Positions 1-28,945 are shown, numbered from the stretch's first letter. The stretch is DNA of 64,000 nucleotides from the human T2T-CHM13v2.0 reference genome, Homo sapiens (GCF_009914755.1 NC_060933.1); one strand, 5' to 3'. The notes: generated by a model from the letters alone, not told the origin. A program made the numbers and translations.

Positions 1-1113
1 TTATATTAAATTAAGTATTTCCAGAAATTAGAGTGGCACTGTTCAAACCGGGGTTAAAAATTCAAAACTAGAGCTCAGGAGAGGTCAGAGATGGATATAA
101 AGAGTTGAATATTGGGGATATGGAGTTCATACTTGCAGGAATGGATGACATCACTGAGGACGCTTATCTGGTACAAACGATGGGAAGGTTGAGGGCAGAA
201 ACTGAGAAAATATCACTTTGAGGGGCAGGAAGGGAAGAATGGTTTCCTGAGCAGCAGCAGAAAGTTCAGAGAGTTGGAGAAACAATGGAGTATAGAGTCT
301 CACCTTTGCTGGAGAGGCATCTGAGGATCAACATGTGTCAGCAAAGTCAAGGGGTCTCAGATTTGGCAATGAGGTCACTACTGACTTTGGAAGCTATTGG
401 TAGAGTGGTGTGAATGAATGAATCTAATCATATCTCAAAAGGATTGGTAGAAAGAAGAGAGAGAAATGAAGTGATGTTGAGGCCAAAAGATAAGCGGGTA
501 GGAGAACATCTCTTTATATAGCTTTTTTCAAGTAGTAGTAGCATGTTAAGCAAATAAAAGACAACAGAGAATCTCCACGCATTTTGAAATGGTCTGATTT
601 ATTGTGTAATTTTTATATTTTTTCTGCTTAAAACCCTTCATTAGCTTCATTGCTTGATAAACTCCTAAGTATGATGTAGAAATTCCTCTGTGATCTGGGT
701 TCTGCATATTTCTCTAGCCTCATCGCTCACACCTCCTTTGCACAGACAGCTTTTTCCAGCTTTTCAAATGTCTGGTGCTGGTTCTTATGCTGGTGTTTGC
801 AGCTTCCGTGTCTTCCTTCTAGTTCCTTGTTAGCTTCATAAATCTTTAACGGTCTTCTTAAACTAAGCTCAAAGTTCTTTTCTATGAATCATTTCTGGGA
901 GCTCAGGGTTGATATCAATATTCCCCTGTATTTCTATCATCTAGCTCCATGTTGGGTACATAGTCTGTATTCTGTAAATGCTGAATGAACAAATAAATGA
1001 AAACGGGTCTTCACATCACATCCATTTTTCATTTCAAAAACATACAATATAGTACATAGCATTTATTCTTGCGATACAATATTCACTTTTGTGACTTTGT
1101 TAAAACACAAATA

Positions 1114-1417
<304 letters not shown>

Positions 1418-1431
1418 AACACAAATGAAAT

Positions 1432-1595
1432 TTTAAGTAGTTCCAGCTACTCAGGAGGCTGAGGCAGGAGGATGGCTTGAGTCCTGAAGGTCTAGGCTGC
1501 AGCGAGGCGTGATTGTGCCGCTGTACTCTAGCCTGGGCAACAGAGAACAACCCTGTTTCAAAAAAAAAAAAAAAAAAAAGAAAAAGAAAAAAATA
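1432..1595 (+). mobile_element. Alu right-arm fragment (old) with A tail
   Basis: gtagttccagctactcaggaggctgagg ... followed by poly-A. Confidence 0.8.
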
Positions 1596-2174
1596 AAATT
1601 TAAAAATATTTTTTAAAGCTTGTAACATAAAAGTTCTAATCTCATTAGTCAGTTGTAATTTTCCATTTCATTTCTAAACTTTAGAGTGGGCTATTTTTTC
1701 CCTTTATTTCCTCTGGAGCAATTGTCCTCTTTATGGCTCTAGTAAAAAGAATCAGGGACAGGCCTCCGTTTTAGATGTAAATGACTAAAATCAAACCAAT
1801 TAAGGTTTCAGTGCTACAAGAATCAAGGAGGTTTTAATCTCAATTTGTGTTTGCATTTATGACCGTTGGCTCTCCCATGGGAGAGAGAAAAGACGGCCCC
1901 TACACCTGGTTTCAGGTTGATTACAATCAACAAGGACCCAGTTTAGTATAGAAGGCTCGTTTTGCATTAAACACCTTTTTGTGCAGAGGAGGTGGTGGTG
2001 GTGAAGATAAAAATCTTTGACCAAATCCTGTCAATTTGCATTGTTCTCTGGAAGAATAGGCTTTCAAAAGTTAAGGAACAAAAGAGGAGTTGGTTTTCCA
2101 GTCTCCCTTAGGCGGCAGCAGATTGTGAAGCAGCCACCGGGAGGAACCAAAGTATAAATTATCAATAAGAGGAC

Positions 2175-2175
<1 letters not shown>

Positions 2176-2221
<46 letters not shown>
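2176..2221. repeat. (GT)23 microsatellite
   Basis: Perfect dinucleotide run. Confidence 0.98.
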
Positions 2222-2222
<1 letters not shown>

Positions 2223-2649
2223 AGAGAAAAGTGAGAGAAGCGAGGAAAGAGATAGGGAACACACATGCTAAGGCTCCGAGGCGTTTTCCACGATGTGCCT
2301 GGTTACGTAATGTTGATAATGAAACGCACTGCAAGCAGCATCAATGCATTCTTCCGACCCTGCTCACCACTCCCAGCTGGGATACAATGGGGACGGGAAG
2401 AGGGGACAGGATGCCCTGTGCAGGCAGAGAGCTGTCCAGACAGAGGTAAACCAGGCAGTTGGGCAGAACCCGAGCCCAGAGAATTTCTCCCCAGGCCCCG
2501 GGACCAGCCCACCGTTGCTGTGGCTCTAAAGATGGGCAGAAGAACCAGTTTCAAAAAGCAGGATCTGGGATCCGACCTCTTAGGTTTTTATTCAGCAGGC
2601 AGGGAAAAGGGGTTAGAAGCTGGAAATCTGCATTTCCACTCGGCTCTGG

Positions 2650-3570
2650 CGACTGAGACAGGAACGCGGACACCTCACGCTGAAAAGCCACAGCAGCGCG
2701 TGGGCAGGGCGCACCCCCGCGCGGGGACGCGGAGCTCCTGGAGCGAGAGCGCGTGCGGTCGCGAGCCCGCCGCTCCCCAGCAACGGCGCATGCGCCCGTT
2801 CGTCCCTCAGCGAAGGCGCGCTGCTTGGCGGGCGGGCTCTTCCAATCCGAGCCAGCGTTCTCGGAGTACGTATCCAGGAGCTGCAAGCTGAGGGCTGCGG
2901 GAGGCGGGAGGAAAAAGTGGGGCCGGGCCTGAGTTGGGCTGACCTGTGAAAGTCTGGGAAGGTCTGCGAGAGAAGCGGAGTGTTTTCAGCTCCGGAAGTG
3001 GCAGTTGTAAACTTCACCTCCCGGGGGCTCTTCCCCTTCTGTACCCCTTTGCTGTTTGTCCCCCTCCTCCCGGGTCCTGGAGTCCGTCGTGTTCCAACAG
3101 TTTTTGCTCTTATTCCCGTGGGCTGCCTGGGCCTCCTTTCACCCGTGAGACTTGGAGCGGCCCCTGGGGTCTTGGGTGTGCAGCACGGATCACGCGAGAC
3201 CCCTGAGGTAACCGCACGGTGTGGGGGCTTCGAGGCGGACGACTTGGGAGGGAGGTGTTGAGAGGGTTGTAGGGGCCCCTGAGTGAGTTTGGGGCGGCCC
3301 TGGGGCTGTTGGCGTAGGCTTTGGGGCACGCCTCCAGCTCCCTGGGCTGGGTCTCCCCGCCCACCTGGAGGAAGATCTCCGTGGAGCATCCTAGCCAGAG
3401 ATCGCTGAGGCTGTACCAGAGCGCCGGATGGGGACCAGAGGGGAGGCAGAGGACCGGGATTTGGAGCTTCTTAGGGTTACTGCTGCGGAGCGCTTTCGTT
3501 CCCGAGAATCAGTAAGCCCCTCGAGGATAGGGACCACGTCTTTCAGCCCGCTCTCCCCTTTTTAAATGCC
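2650..3570 (+). promoter_or_regulatory. CCDC171: CpG-island promoter of CCDC171
   Basis: Only GC/CpG-rich non-repeat stretch in the window. Contains NRF1 palindrome GCGCATGCGC (2786-2795), GC box GGGCGGG (2830-2836), CCAAT (2842-2846) and ETS/GABP site CCGGAAGTG (2992-3000), upstream of a splice donor at 3207/3208. Boundaries approximate. Confidence 0.9.
2990..3207 (+). other. CCDC171: Non-coding exon 1 (5' UTR); start approximate
   Basis: Strong donor GAG|GTAACC at 3207/3208 inside the CpG island; no ATG in the segment. The TSS cannot be fixed from sequence. Confidence 0.75.
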
Positions 3571-3862
3571 GGCCACACACTAGACACTCTACAGATGTTT
3601 GATAAACGGGAATGAGTTGTGCTAGACTGTCACCTGCAGCTTCTACCTACCCTCCAGGACTCTGAGAGACTTAGAATCTGAGTCAGCTGTGCGTTTTCCC
3701 GAAGCTGTAAATTTTCTGCAGAAATGGAGCCGACTTTTTGAATTTTTTTATTCCATTATGATATTGATCCTAAGAAAATACATATTTCATGTATACATTT
3801 TAGGTAAATGAGATAAATACGTCTTTATTTTGTTTATTAGAGTTGGTGTCCAGCTCTTTTGA

Positions 3863-4223
<361 letters not shown>

Positions 4224-5583
4224 ATGTCACTTATTTTATTTAACTGTTAGTTCCTACTCTCAACAAAACAGTGGTAGAGCAGAAGATGAACATGGTTTTT
4301 CATAAAATGCAGAGGAAACAAAGGCAGTGCAACCTGCTAAGAGGAAAGATGAAGGGCATAGTCTTAGTTTGTAGCTTTCTGTGTTAGTCTTGGGGCTCAG
4401 CCATTTATGAGCTGCGTCCCCACAGGCAAACCACCTAACCTTCCTAGGCGTTAGGTTCTTTATCTGTCAGATAAGGAGGAAGGACTTAGTCTCTAAAGTC
4501 TCATTTGATTCTAAAACGTTTTGGTTGTCTCAGTCCCTTGGTCTTGGTCTTGTTTTGATGTAAGAACCAAACTTCCCCTTTAAAGGTTGATTATGTACCT
4601 ATGCTGAGAAACACTTCCAACACAGGTGTGGTTACTAATGAAGACAGCACTGCGTAGTGAAAGAGGATGGACTTAGCCAGATGTGGATTTGAATTCTCAT
4701 TTTCCGGCTGAATATTTTTACACAAATTATTCAACATCTCCAAGCCTCAGTTTTCTTATCTGTGAAATGTGCATAATCTCATAGAGATGTTGGGATTAAA
4801 TGAGATCAGGAATGCTGATCTCAGTATCTGGCATATAGTAAGTGGCTCAATAATAGGAATTTCTATTTTTTCATCCACCCATCCCTCGTTTTTCCTCTGA
4901 TCTGTGCAGACACACTGAAAGATGAGTGCATTTGGGATGACCAACTGAAGGACTCAGATGTAAGGTAGAAAAATTTTTTACCAGTAGTGGCTCCGAAATC
5001 TAAAGTAGATTCGCCTTTCTGGCTGGCACCTCCTCTCAGGATGTCGGGATCACTGATCCCTTGGCCTCAATTACCCTTTTATCTATTTTTAAAAATGCTT
5101 CTCATTGATGAATGATACACATAATATCCCATCATCTATTTTAGTAGGAATGGTGAGATTAGTTCAACTCCACTATCAAAAAAAGATTAATCTATTAATA
5201 CATTAACATAAAAAGCTAATTTGAACCTTGCCTTTCTTTATCTATTACTGCTACAGGATGGCCTGGTTTTGGTCCAGAACTGTGAAGGTGCTATCTGGAT
5301 TGAGAATCGACTGAAGGTCTGAGTAATCTTTTGTTGAGAAGGCCATGGCTTGTCAGTTTCGATACGGGGAAAAATGATATTTTTAAGAAATCTCCAGCAA
5401 AGAGCAGAAATGCTTCCCTGATAAGTGAGGTCTTACATGCTTCCCTGACTGGGATGAACTGTGTCTTGAGGGCCAATAGCAAGGCACACAGCAGAGCTCT
5501 GGAGTCAGCTAACTTGGGTGTAAATCCTGACCCTGTCACTAGAGATGTGAGAGATGTGACTTTAGTCAAGTGACTGAGTATCT

Positions 5584-11030
<5,447 letters not shown>

Positions 11031-11907
11031 GTGACTGCTTATCTTTAAGCCCTGGTTTCCTCATGTATAAAGTATGGATATTAGTATTATCTTCCCCTTG
11101 GGGTTGGTGTAGAGTGAAATGAGACAATATGTAGAAAGTTTTTAATACGATGCCTGGAGAAGGGAGTTTTGTGACAGTTGGAATGATGACAGCAGGGAAT
11201 GACTTTGTATCATATAGTTTGTTCACAAGTAATGATCAATTGAATGTTTTCAAATGGAAAGTAATATTTAGAGTTCAACAAATATTGAAGAAGAGAAAGG
11301 CTGATTTTGATTGCATGTCATGAGGAATTTTTAATCACTGACATAGTTTGACCAAATTGTGTATTTTAACTTTGTGGAGTTTCACAGGGAAGTTCCAAGT
11401 AAAGCTAGAAATAAATACTCTTTAAGGGCACTGTAGTTCTTTAACTTAACTTTGTATTCCATTGACATTTTCATTACTATCCTGTAACTCTGAACTTGAC
11501 TGTCCTCATCATTCCTTGCCTTTTTACCTGGTGGAAGAAGAGGGAGGAGATTTTACTGCACCTTCTCTGCCATGCTCGATTGCATGGGAATCCCATCATA
11601 GTTCATATTCAGCCACTGACCGTATCAACTTTGGTCCTTCATTGATTTAGTCTTCCTAAAACACACAGAGAAGTAAATCCTTGTTCTCTGTGTCATCAGG
11701 GGCTGATATCAGCGAGGAAGATGAAGAAAATTAAAAAAAAAAGAAAGACTTGATAAAAGACACACAGGCAGAGCTGGTGTGGAAACCCATTTTCCTTCTT
11801 ACCTGCCTGTTACTCAAGATTTTTTCACCTTAGGTCCAAGATGCTGCCTGCAGTTCTTTGCCATGTGGCTTCTTCCATGGGCAGTTCACAGCATGACATT
11901 TTGCTTC

Positions 11908-12198
11908 TTTTTTTTTTAAGATGGAGTCTTACTCTGTAGCCCAGGCTGGAGTGCAGTGGCGCAATCTTGGCTCACTGCAGTCTCCACCTCCTGGGTTCAA
12001 GCGATTCTCCTATCTCAACCTCCTGAGTAGCTGGGATTATAGGCGCCCACCATCACGCCCAGCTAATTTTCTTTATTTTTAGTAGAGTCGGGGTTTCACC
12101 ATCTTAGCCAGACTGGTCTCTACCTCCTGACCTCGTGATCCACCCACCTCGGCCTCCCTAAGTGCTGGGATTACAGGTGTGACCCACCGCGCCTGGCC
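11908..12198 (-). mobile_element. AluS
   Basis: Full Alu; TSD tgaca(t/c)tttgcttctt. Confidence 0.9.
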
Positions 12199-13044
12199 TG
12201 ACACTTTGCTTCTTTAAGGTCAGCAGGAGATTGTCATTCAGTCTGCTAAGATAAAAGTCTTATATAATGTAATCATAAGAGTGGCATCCCTTCATCTTTG
12301 CTGTATTCTCCTGGTTATATATCAGTGAGCTAGAAGTAGATGAAACTTGCTTCTGAGCTATGGAAGATGCTATCTCTCTAGAGGACCATTCAGATTTGAA
12401 GATGTTAGGTGCCAAAATAATGCACTGAAGTATGATGATTCCCTTTAACTTTATTGAAACAACTTTATTAAAAGTTTCGTAACCTCTACTTGCCACACTT
12501 CTCTGCCCAATATACGAAAACATGATTAAGGCCCTAACTATCTGAAATTATTTTCCTAAGAGGTAAATAGAGGTCTGTTTATGCCTGTTGTGCTACCTCT
12601 GCATATGTGTATTTAAGCTTTTCAACAAAACAGGAACATTTCATGTATGTGTTTTTGTGCCTTGGACATTACTCTTAAATACAGAAGGGTCCATTCCTTC
12701 TGGGTTCTAACTCTTACTTTCATTCTGAAGGAAGTTTCCCTGGGGTCTGACCTTCAGGAGCGTGGTGATAATGTGACAAGATTTTGGGACAATATCTGAA
12801 GAGCTTGATAGACTCCTTGGTGCCCCCCACTTAATAGCTGAATGGCTTTGGGCAAGACAGTTGAGCGTCTCTGAATCAGATGAGTTTTCTTATAAAGTGA
12901 GGATAATAACCCTCACGTAAGATAACTTATAGTTCAGGTTTATGTGTCATCAGTGGCCTGTTAGAAAGAACTTGAACTTCAGTGTCAGAGAGTTATGAAT
13001 TGGAATCTTGGTTCTGTAACTATGTGACTTTTTCAAGTTACTTC

Positions 13045-13412
<368 letters not shown>

Positions 13413-13882
13413 TAAGGATCACAATGCTATATATAAAATACCAATTACAGTGCTTGACGCTGTAGTAGGTGTTCAGTAGATGAATGACGGTGGTATTCAT
13501 TTGTCTACCACTATTTCCAACCTAGTCTTTCAGGTCCCTGGATAGATGAGATCTCCCCATTCCCACATCATCTTGGCCAAAATTTCAACCTCTGTCCTAG
13601 GTCAGACTGTTCAGTCAGCCACGTGAATCACTGTTGTAAAGATCCTTTGGATCTATATGTAGGAGCTGTTAGTCATTTCTCAGCACTGAGATACAGTCTC
13701 CATCTCAGTCTGCTTATTTGAGTTCCTTTTCTTTTGGTGATCTTCTGAGGTCTAGATATCTCTATACACCTACAATTTCACTTATCAATTATTACATCTT
13801 TCCAAAATAAACCAAAAAACAAGAAAAATCTCCAATAGTATCAGGACTCAAACTGCTATTGTATCATTTACTATTTTAACAG

Positions 13883-13993
13883 ACCTCAAATCATCTAACG
13901 TGAAGCCACAGACATCTTGGGCAATTTTAATCATCAAGAAAGAAATATGTCATTAAGAAATAGCAGGGTATTTTGAAAGAGTTGGAAAACATC
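13883..13993 (+). other. CCDC171: 5' UTR part of exon 2
   Basis: Acceptor tttactattttaacAG ends at 13882; the exon runs into the start codon at 13994. Confidence 0.8.
13947..13976 (+). other. Upstream ORF (MSLRNSRVF*) in the exon 2 5' UTR
   Basis: ATG 13947 to TGA 13976, ending 17 nt before the main ATG. Translation not shown. Confidence 0.6.
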
Positions 13994-14034
13994 ATGAATT
14001 TGAATACTTCAAGTAATACTGGTGATACCCAAAG
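13994..14034 (+). CDS. CCDC171: CCDC171 first coding segment (exon 2): MNLNTSSNTGDTQ(R)
   Basis: ATG at 13994 with A at -3, 41 nt, donor AAG|GTAAGC (phase 2). Joins the next exon in frame; the peptide is recognised as the CCDC171 N-terminus. Confidence 0.92.
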
Positions 14035-14991
14035 GTAAGCCTCTAGTCTCTTCTTTTAGTTGATGAACGTTTTTAGTTGCAAGGAACAGGGAGAAGTCAG
14101 TGGTTGTAGAGCTAACTGTAAGAATTCTCATGGGATGGTAAGGGGAGTAGAAATTCTGTGGGACTGAAGGAGCATGAATGAAGCCTCATAAGAATTGGAA
14201 CTGATTCTAGAGACTTTATGGGGATTTTGTGCTCCTCTGTTAATTTGGACCACAAAAGTCTGTGTGTCTGAACTTTGTCCTGTTACTAGAGACTTGCTTG
14301 TTCTTTTCCACTACTTTAAATGTTTCCCTTGTATTTTTTATTTATATTTCTGTTTTGTTTTCTTTAACCTCTGTGGCTTTAATTCCTCTTTCTTCATTGG
14401 CCCAGCTCTAATTCATGGCTACTGCTTAAGCATTCATTTAGTCTTAGCTCCTGTTGCTGTTTCGCTTCCTTACTTGGTATCTCTCAGTTTACCCTTCAAG
14501 ACGTAACGCCTAATTGCTGTTGCTCATCTTTTTTGTACCATTGATTTCTGCCTTTGGGCGTGGCGCCTACCTTTAGTTCATTCACCTTTGGTGGGTGGAG
14601 TCTATAATACAAAACTGGACCACATAGGGCAGTGCCACTCTCTCCTAAGTGTGCTTTACAAAGAAATAAGTACTGAAATTAAAAGTAAATGTTTAGAAAC
14701 TTTTATAGTCATGTAACAGAGTAATATTCTGTCTGCTGAATCTAAGAGTAAAACATTTGGGGTTGTATTCTGTCTGTTTTTAAAATTTCTTTAAAAATAA
14801 TGCATTAAATGTATTTTACAAAATCATCATGGATGGGGTGAAGATAGTCCTTCCTCATATTTAGTTTGAGAAGGACTGATCTAGACTGCCTTTTCAGCAA
14901 GGATGTGTGGGTGGGACAAGTACCAAGACTAACATGTAATTTACCCGTAAATTTGTTTTCCACTTAGCTTTTGAAGCTACCCACCCCCCAC

Positions 14992-18930
<3,939 letters not shown>

Positions 18931-19438
18931 CAAACATATTTGTTAGTCTTTTGTATAAAACCTATTTATTTCTCTCTAGACTTTGGAGGAACTACTTTTT
19001 TGTTCCTTGTTTTCTGAAATTTCCATGCATTTAACCTGGGCTCTTTTAATAGGCCTTTTCGGTTTGAAACTTATATCCTTCGGAATCCGCCTATTTCCAT
19101 GGATTTGTTTCTGTAATAGTTTCCTCCCATTCAGAGAGACATTGTAGTGCAGTGGTTAAGAGGATATATCATGGAGCCAGGGTTTCAGGGTTTGAATTTC
19201 AGCTCTGCCTCTCCCTCACTAGCCCTGTGAACTTGGGTAATAGGGGGTCATAAAAGTACCAATCTCATGAGATTATTGTGAAGAATAAATAAGTTTATAT
19301 ATGTAAAATGCTTAGAACAATGCTTACAAAATAACAAGACTATTTAATGTTATAAATTTATTGTTTTTCATTCTGCACCTTTTTTTAGATTTTGAACTTC
19401 TTGGACAGTCTTCTAATTTAAAAAATTTTCTATTTTTC

Positions 19439-19817
<379 letters not shown>

Positions 19818-19869
19818 TTATTTTTATTTGTTTAGTTTTTCGTTTTCTTAGTTTGTGTTTTTGATTACT

Positions 19870-20175
19870 TTTCTTTTTCTTTTCTTTTTTTTGAGATGGA
19901 GTTTTGCTCTTGTTGCCCAGGGTGGAGTTCAAAGGTGTGATCTCTGCTCACTGCAACCTCTGCTTCCTGGGTTCAAGGATTCTCCTGCCTTTGCCTCCCA
20001 AGTAGCTGGGATTACAAGCATGAGCCACCACATCCAGCTAATTTTTTATATTTTTAGTAGAGGCAGGATTTCACTATGTTGGCCAGGCTGGTCTTGAACT
20101 CCTGGCCTCAAGTGATCTGCCCGCCACAGCCTCCCAAAGTGCTTGGAGGCCAGGCGTGAGCCACTGCACCTGGCT
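19870..20175 (-). mobile_element. AluS
   Basis: Full Alu, tail-to-tail with the preceding AluY. Confidence 0.88.
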
Positions 20176-21526
20176 GTTTTTGATTTTTTAAGAGCTGTTT
20201 TTTTTTTCTCTGAATATTTCATTTCCTATTGCAGTCATGGATGTGACATATGGATGATATACTCCTATTTTTTTTAGTAGACAATGTTAGTTTTTTTTTT
20301 CCCCTCTTCTAAGTTGTCATCTTTCTGCATAGTCTTTCAAGGCATGCTTCTTTTCTATGCACCATATTTTTGGTCTCTGCTTATCATATTAGATGCTTAT
20401 TAAACTTTTGGTGATTGTTGGCTGTCTGCTTATATTGAAAAGTAGGGGCTTAACCTAAAAAGATGACTGGAAGCTCAGTGTGTGAGACTTTGTGTTTGTG
20501 GCATGCTCTGTAGGGTTATATGGTTAAGCTGTTTTTCTAGAGAACCACTGGCATCAGTATCTTTAGGTATTTTTCACCTGGTTGCTTAGGTTCTGTAGGG
20601 AAGACACTTCCAATTTCTGCTTGACTGCCATCGTTCTGGCAAGAACATTCTGGCAAGACAAGTAGTGTTAAAACTCTAGAGCGCTCTTTCCTTATATAAC
20701 TTTTAACTCAAGCTTCTTGTATATAGTATGAAAAACTTAGGTCATTTGTATCTAATGTCTTCTGATCCAGAGACCGTCTGTTTTATCCTCTCCAGGGAAT
20801 AAACCCCTAGTGTTTTTCTGCCAGACTGGGAAAGAGATAGGTACCCAGTTGTGTGGTATAGGGGATGGGGATCTGAGGATGTAATTATTTTGTTGGCAGA
20901 CTTTCAAATAATTCTCCTGTTTTCTGCTCTACTTTTACCTCCATTTTCAAAGGTGTTGCCAATTACTGAGCTTTTGGGGGTTATCAGTTACCACTTGTCC
21001 ACATGCATTTCAGCTTCCAGTAATTGGTTGCTATTATCTCATCTTTTGTGTTCTCTCTCTTGTGAGTTTATACCTCTAAATTCTGTTTGCTGTTATTTTA
21101 ATTTTTAATTTTTATTTTTGGGAGAGAGTAGGGTGCTTTAGTCTGACATTTTTCTTTTTGTATTATGTATTACATTTGCAGTAAACAAAATGTATTATTT
21201 ACAAAGAAAAAAAGTGGGAGAACCCAGTCTCTTCCAAAATTATCCAGCTTGTGATATGATCAGACAATTTAAGTAGCAATCTTGAATAATGTGGTAATTT
21301 CCCATTAGACAGTGGTTTGTTGCTAGGTATCTATCTATATATATATACTACTTTGTATTTCTACATAGCTTTTGCAGTGGACATCTTTTACTAGATTGTG
21401 AACTCTAAGTCAAGAACCATGTCATGTTCTCTTTGTTTTTTGAAAAATAAGTTATCAAAAATATCAGAAATGCTCTGAAATGTGCTTTATGAGAAGCATA
21501 TACATTTTACTGTAATCTCATTTTAA

Positions 21527-21700
<174 letters not shown>

Positions 21701-22750
21701 TGAGTTTGATTTTTTAGATTTATTTCATATGAAAAACTCCATGTTTAACCTTTATAACTATACCATTCTTGGGCTTAAAAAGGAAATTGTAATAAAGGAA
21801 ACATAATTTTAAAATGTAGTGTAATTGCATAAGTGTTAAAGTAGAACTTTAATGAATTATGTTTATTTGTATGTTATCTTAGATTTATTTTAATTAATGG
21901 GTTCAATTGATTAAAATTATTTATGAACATGTTTGATGATTAAAGGATTTGTAAATCAGACATTTTTGAAATCATAATGTAGGTTCCTTTAAGGTCTCCA
22001 TTATGGAGCAATCTCTTTAAGTAAATTTGAGTATGGAATTTTTAATCATAGTTCAGTTCATAAATTGTCTTAGTTTATAAGTCATTATTTCTTTTATTAG
22101 TATGTATGTGTGTGTATATATATTTCATATGTATATGCATATAGTCCAAGATAGTTTTCCTTCCCTTCTAAGATAATTCATGAGTCATATCTTTATGCCT
22201 CTTCTCTCTGCTGTGTTTTTTCTCCTTTTTTCTCTGATAAGTCTTATTTATTCTTAAAACTCAGTTTAGGCCACCTGGTATAGTGGGAAGAATATCAAAT
22301 TACACAGAGCTCAATTTATTCCTGGCCTTTCCATTTACAAGATGCGTCATCTTGGGCTACTCATTTATCCTGTACACCATTGGTTTCTCATTGTGAACTG
22401 CTGGTCCCAAAGGGTTGTTGTGATAATTAAGTGAAATAAAATTTGGAAAGTGCTTGTGTACTGTAATAGCTGTAATTTATTGACAGTTAAGTGTAAACAG
22501 TATGTTTTTCTTCCCTTTTTGCTAAGTTCTGCAGTTCTCATGTTGGGAAACCTTTTAATGTCTCTCTAAGTGAAACTGGCTACTACTTTGTTCTTCCACA
22601 ACATGTTGCTGTTATAGATATTTTAGAACTAAAACATTTATATCATGCTTTCCTGCTCTTCTTTAGTTTGTAAACCCCCTGAGAGCTGAAAACAGTGATC
22701 ACACTTTGTCTCCATATTGCTTATGTTTACTGGCACATAATAGGCCGTCA

Positions 22751-26392
<3,642 letters not shown>

Positions 26393-26579
26393 AGCATTTT
26401 AATTTTAAGTAATGTACTTTGTGCCCTTGAAGAGGATGTAGTCAAGGAAAAGGGAGGCTTGGTTTGCACAAAACCACTCCCGTGTTCTTAAGTGTTTGTA
26501 TTATGCCAGGAAAGTGCTAGTATTTTGACCTTATGAAATGATTGTAGGCTAATGTCGAATTCAATTTTCAGTCAGCCAT

Positions 26580-26940
26580 CCAAGCAAAACTGTTAAGAGT
26601 TAACTTAGAGACGATATCCACGTCGATCTTGTACACGTTCTCCAAGTTCCTGTGAATACCAGATTAGCAAGAGCTTTCAGTTCTTCTGCTATATAAGCTA
26701 TTTCCTCCTGGAGCAGACTGCATTTTTCCTTCTGTAGCATACTGAGATCTGAGTCAATCTGTGGTGAACAGAGCGGTGTAGGTGGCTCTTGCAAATCCTC
26801 CTGCAAGGCAGCTGCTTCAGGTGTGGTCATTACTAATTCTTTCAGCAAGGAAAGGCTGGTTACCTCAGTCAGAAAGGAGAGGCTGCTTTTTTTTGGTAAG
26901 GAATGTTCAGTGGGGATTTGAGAGTTCATAGTTTTTAGGT
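26580..26940 (-). mobile_element. ERVL/MaLR internal (gag-like) fossil
   Basis: Track peptide 26600..26929 resembles degenerate ERVL-type gag; from recall only. Confidence 0.45.
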
Positions 26941-28130
26941 TTGTTTAATTCTGAAAGTCCTCATCCTATGTTCTTCCTACTTAATATCCAGCTGATAGCA
27001 TCTTAACAGAAGAAACCTGGTGAAACTCTTCATTGAACTTGTAATTTTGCATTTCCCATAATTAGATTTCCAGGTTTGTTCATAACCTTATCTGCCCTGG
27101 GGCTGTACTAAATAAGCAGTTATTTTAAAGTCACCATAAAAACTCGTTTTTCTGACTGTCTTGAACTGAGATTCTAAAGCTCTGAGATTATCATTTTGTG
27201 TTTGTAAATTCTCTAGTATAGTGAGATTTACCCTTTCTATCCCTCAGGCCTTGTAGTAAATCAATACTGGCATCATAGTTAAGTGCGTTCATTACTTCAT
27301 TTTCCGAAGGCTTATTTTCAACTGGCACTTCATCCTAAACAACTGCACACCATAATTTAAAGAACTGTGATCCCACTGTATGCTGTAGATCACTAGAATC
27401 CCATTTCTACCTGCAAAGAGGCTTTCACTGTGTTCAGGCTTAAATATATTAGCCAGCCAATATTATAAACCCATCTTGAGACAATTTCTGATACCAAGAG
27501 CAATATTACTGGGTGTTTAGTTAGGAAAACAGAAACCATTCTAAGTCTTAAAACAAAGGGACATTAATAGCGGGTATTGGTTACACAGGTACCAGAAAAG
27601 TGGAAAAGACAACTAGAGGAGATTAAGACAACCCAACATTAAGAACTGCTTCTATTCCCAAGGTTGATTAGAGCTAGAACTGGACAAAGCAAGGCCCATG
27701 GAAGGAGGGACTATCCATAAGGATTTGCAGCCACAGGCAAGAGAGGGATAACTGCTCAAGGTAGATCTAGAAAGGCAGAAATAACTTGGCATCTTCACTT
27801 CTCCTGCTGTCAATCATTCCACATGTGCCTCTCATTGATCAAGCCTATTGAGAAGCCAGTTGTCTCTGACCTTCTGTCATGCTACTTTGGAAGGATCACA
27901 AATTCGATATTCGTTCATTTAAATCCCTGCAAAATTGGCACTTTTATTACTTTATGATCAGTGATATCATAATCAAGAGAAATAATACAGACAATATTTA
28001 TTAAACTATACTTTGATGCAATTTGTTTATTGGTTCCATTTAGGGAATAGAAGGAGGAGAGGAAAGAATGAATTTTTAAGTGCTTAGTATGTATCATGCA
28101 TTTTTTTGTTTGTTTGTTTTTTAGGTATGA

Positions 28131-28478
<348 letters not shown>

Positions 28479-28741
28479 TGATTAAAACGTAATTTATCTT
28501 TAATTTTATAAAAAGTTCTTATAAGATTTTTTTTTTCCTCTAGTGGATTCTCTAAAATAAAAAACATAATGGGTGTCATTTTGTAAGGTAGTGCTTTCTT
28601 TCCAGTGATTCAGAATATATAAATTTATAAATTTTTGCCTTGTATATATTATGGAAACAAGTTTCTCTAAGAAACTTAAATGTTTGAGTGTATGATCTCA
28701 TAATCTTTGGACACATGTTGATATCAGGAATCTGTTTTTAG

Positions 28742-28945
<204 letters not shown>

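Noticed and set aside
3190-3199. TCACGCGAGA as a BANP/TCTCGCGAGA motif
   Set aside because: One mismatch in a CpG-rich context; insufficient support.
2265-3389. Long ORFs over the CpG island (208 aa +, 258 aa -)
   Set aside because: Expected in GC-rich sequence poor in stop codons; low-complexity P/R/G peptides with no recognisable domain.
28721-28741. Upstream alternative acceptor atatcAG for exon 4
   Set aside because: Adds 14 nt (frameshift) and has a poor pyrimidine tract; no evidence of use.
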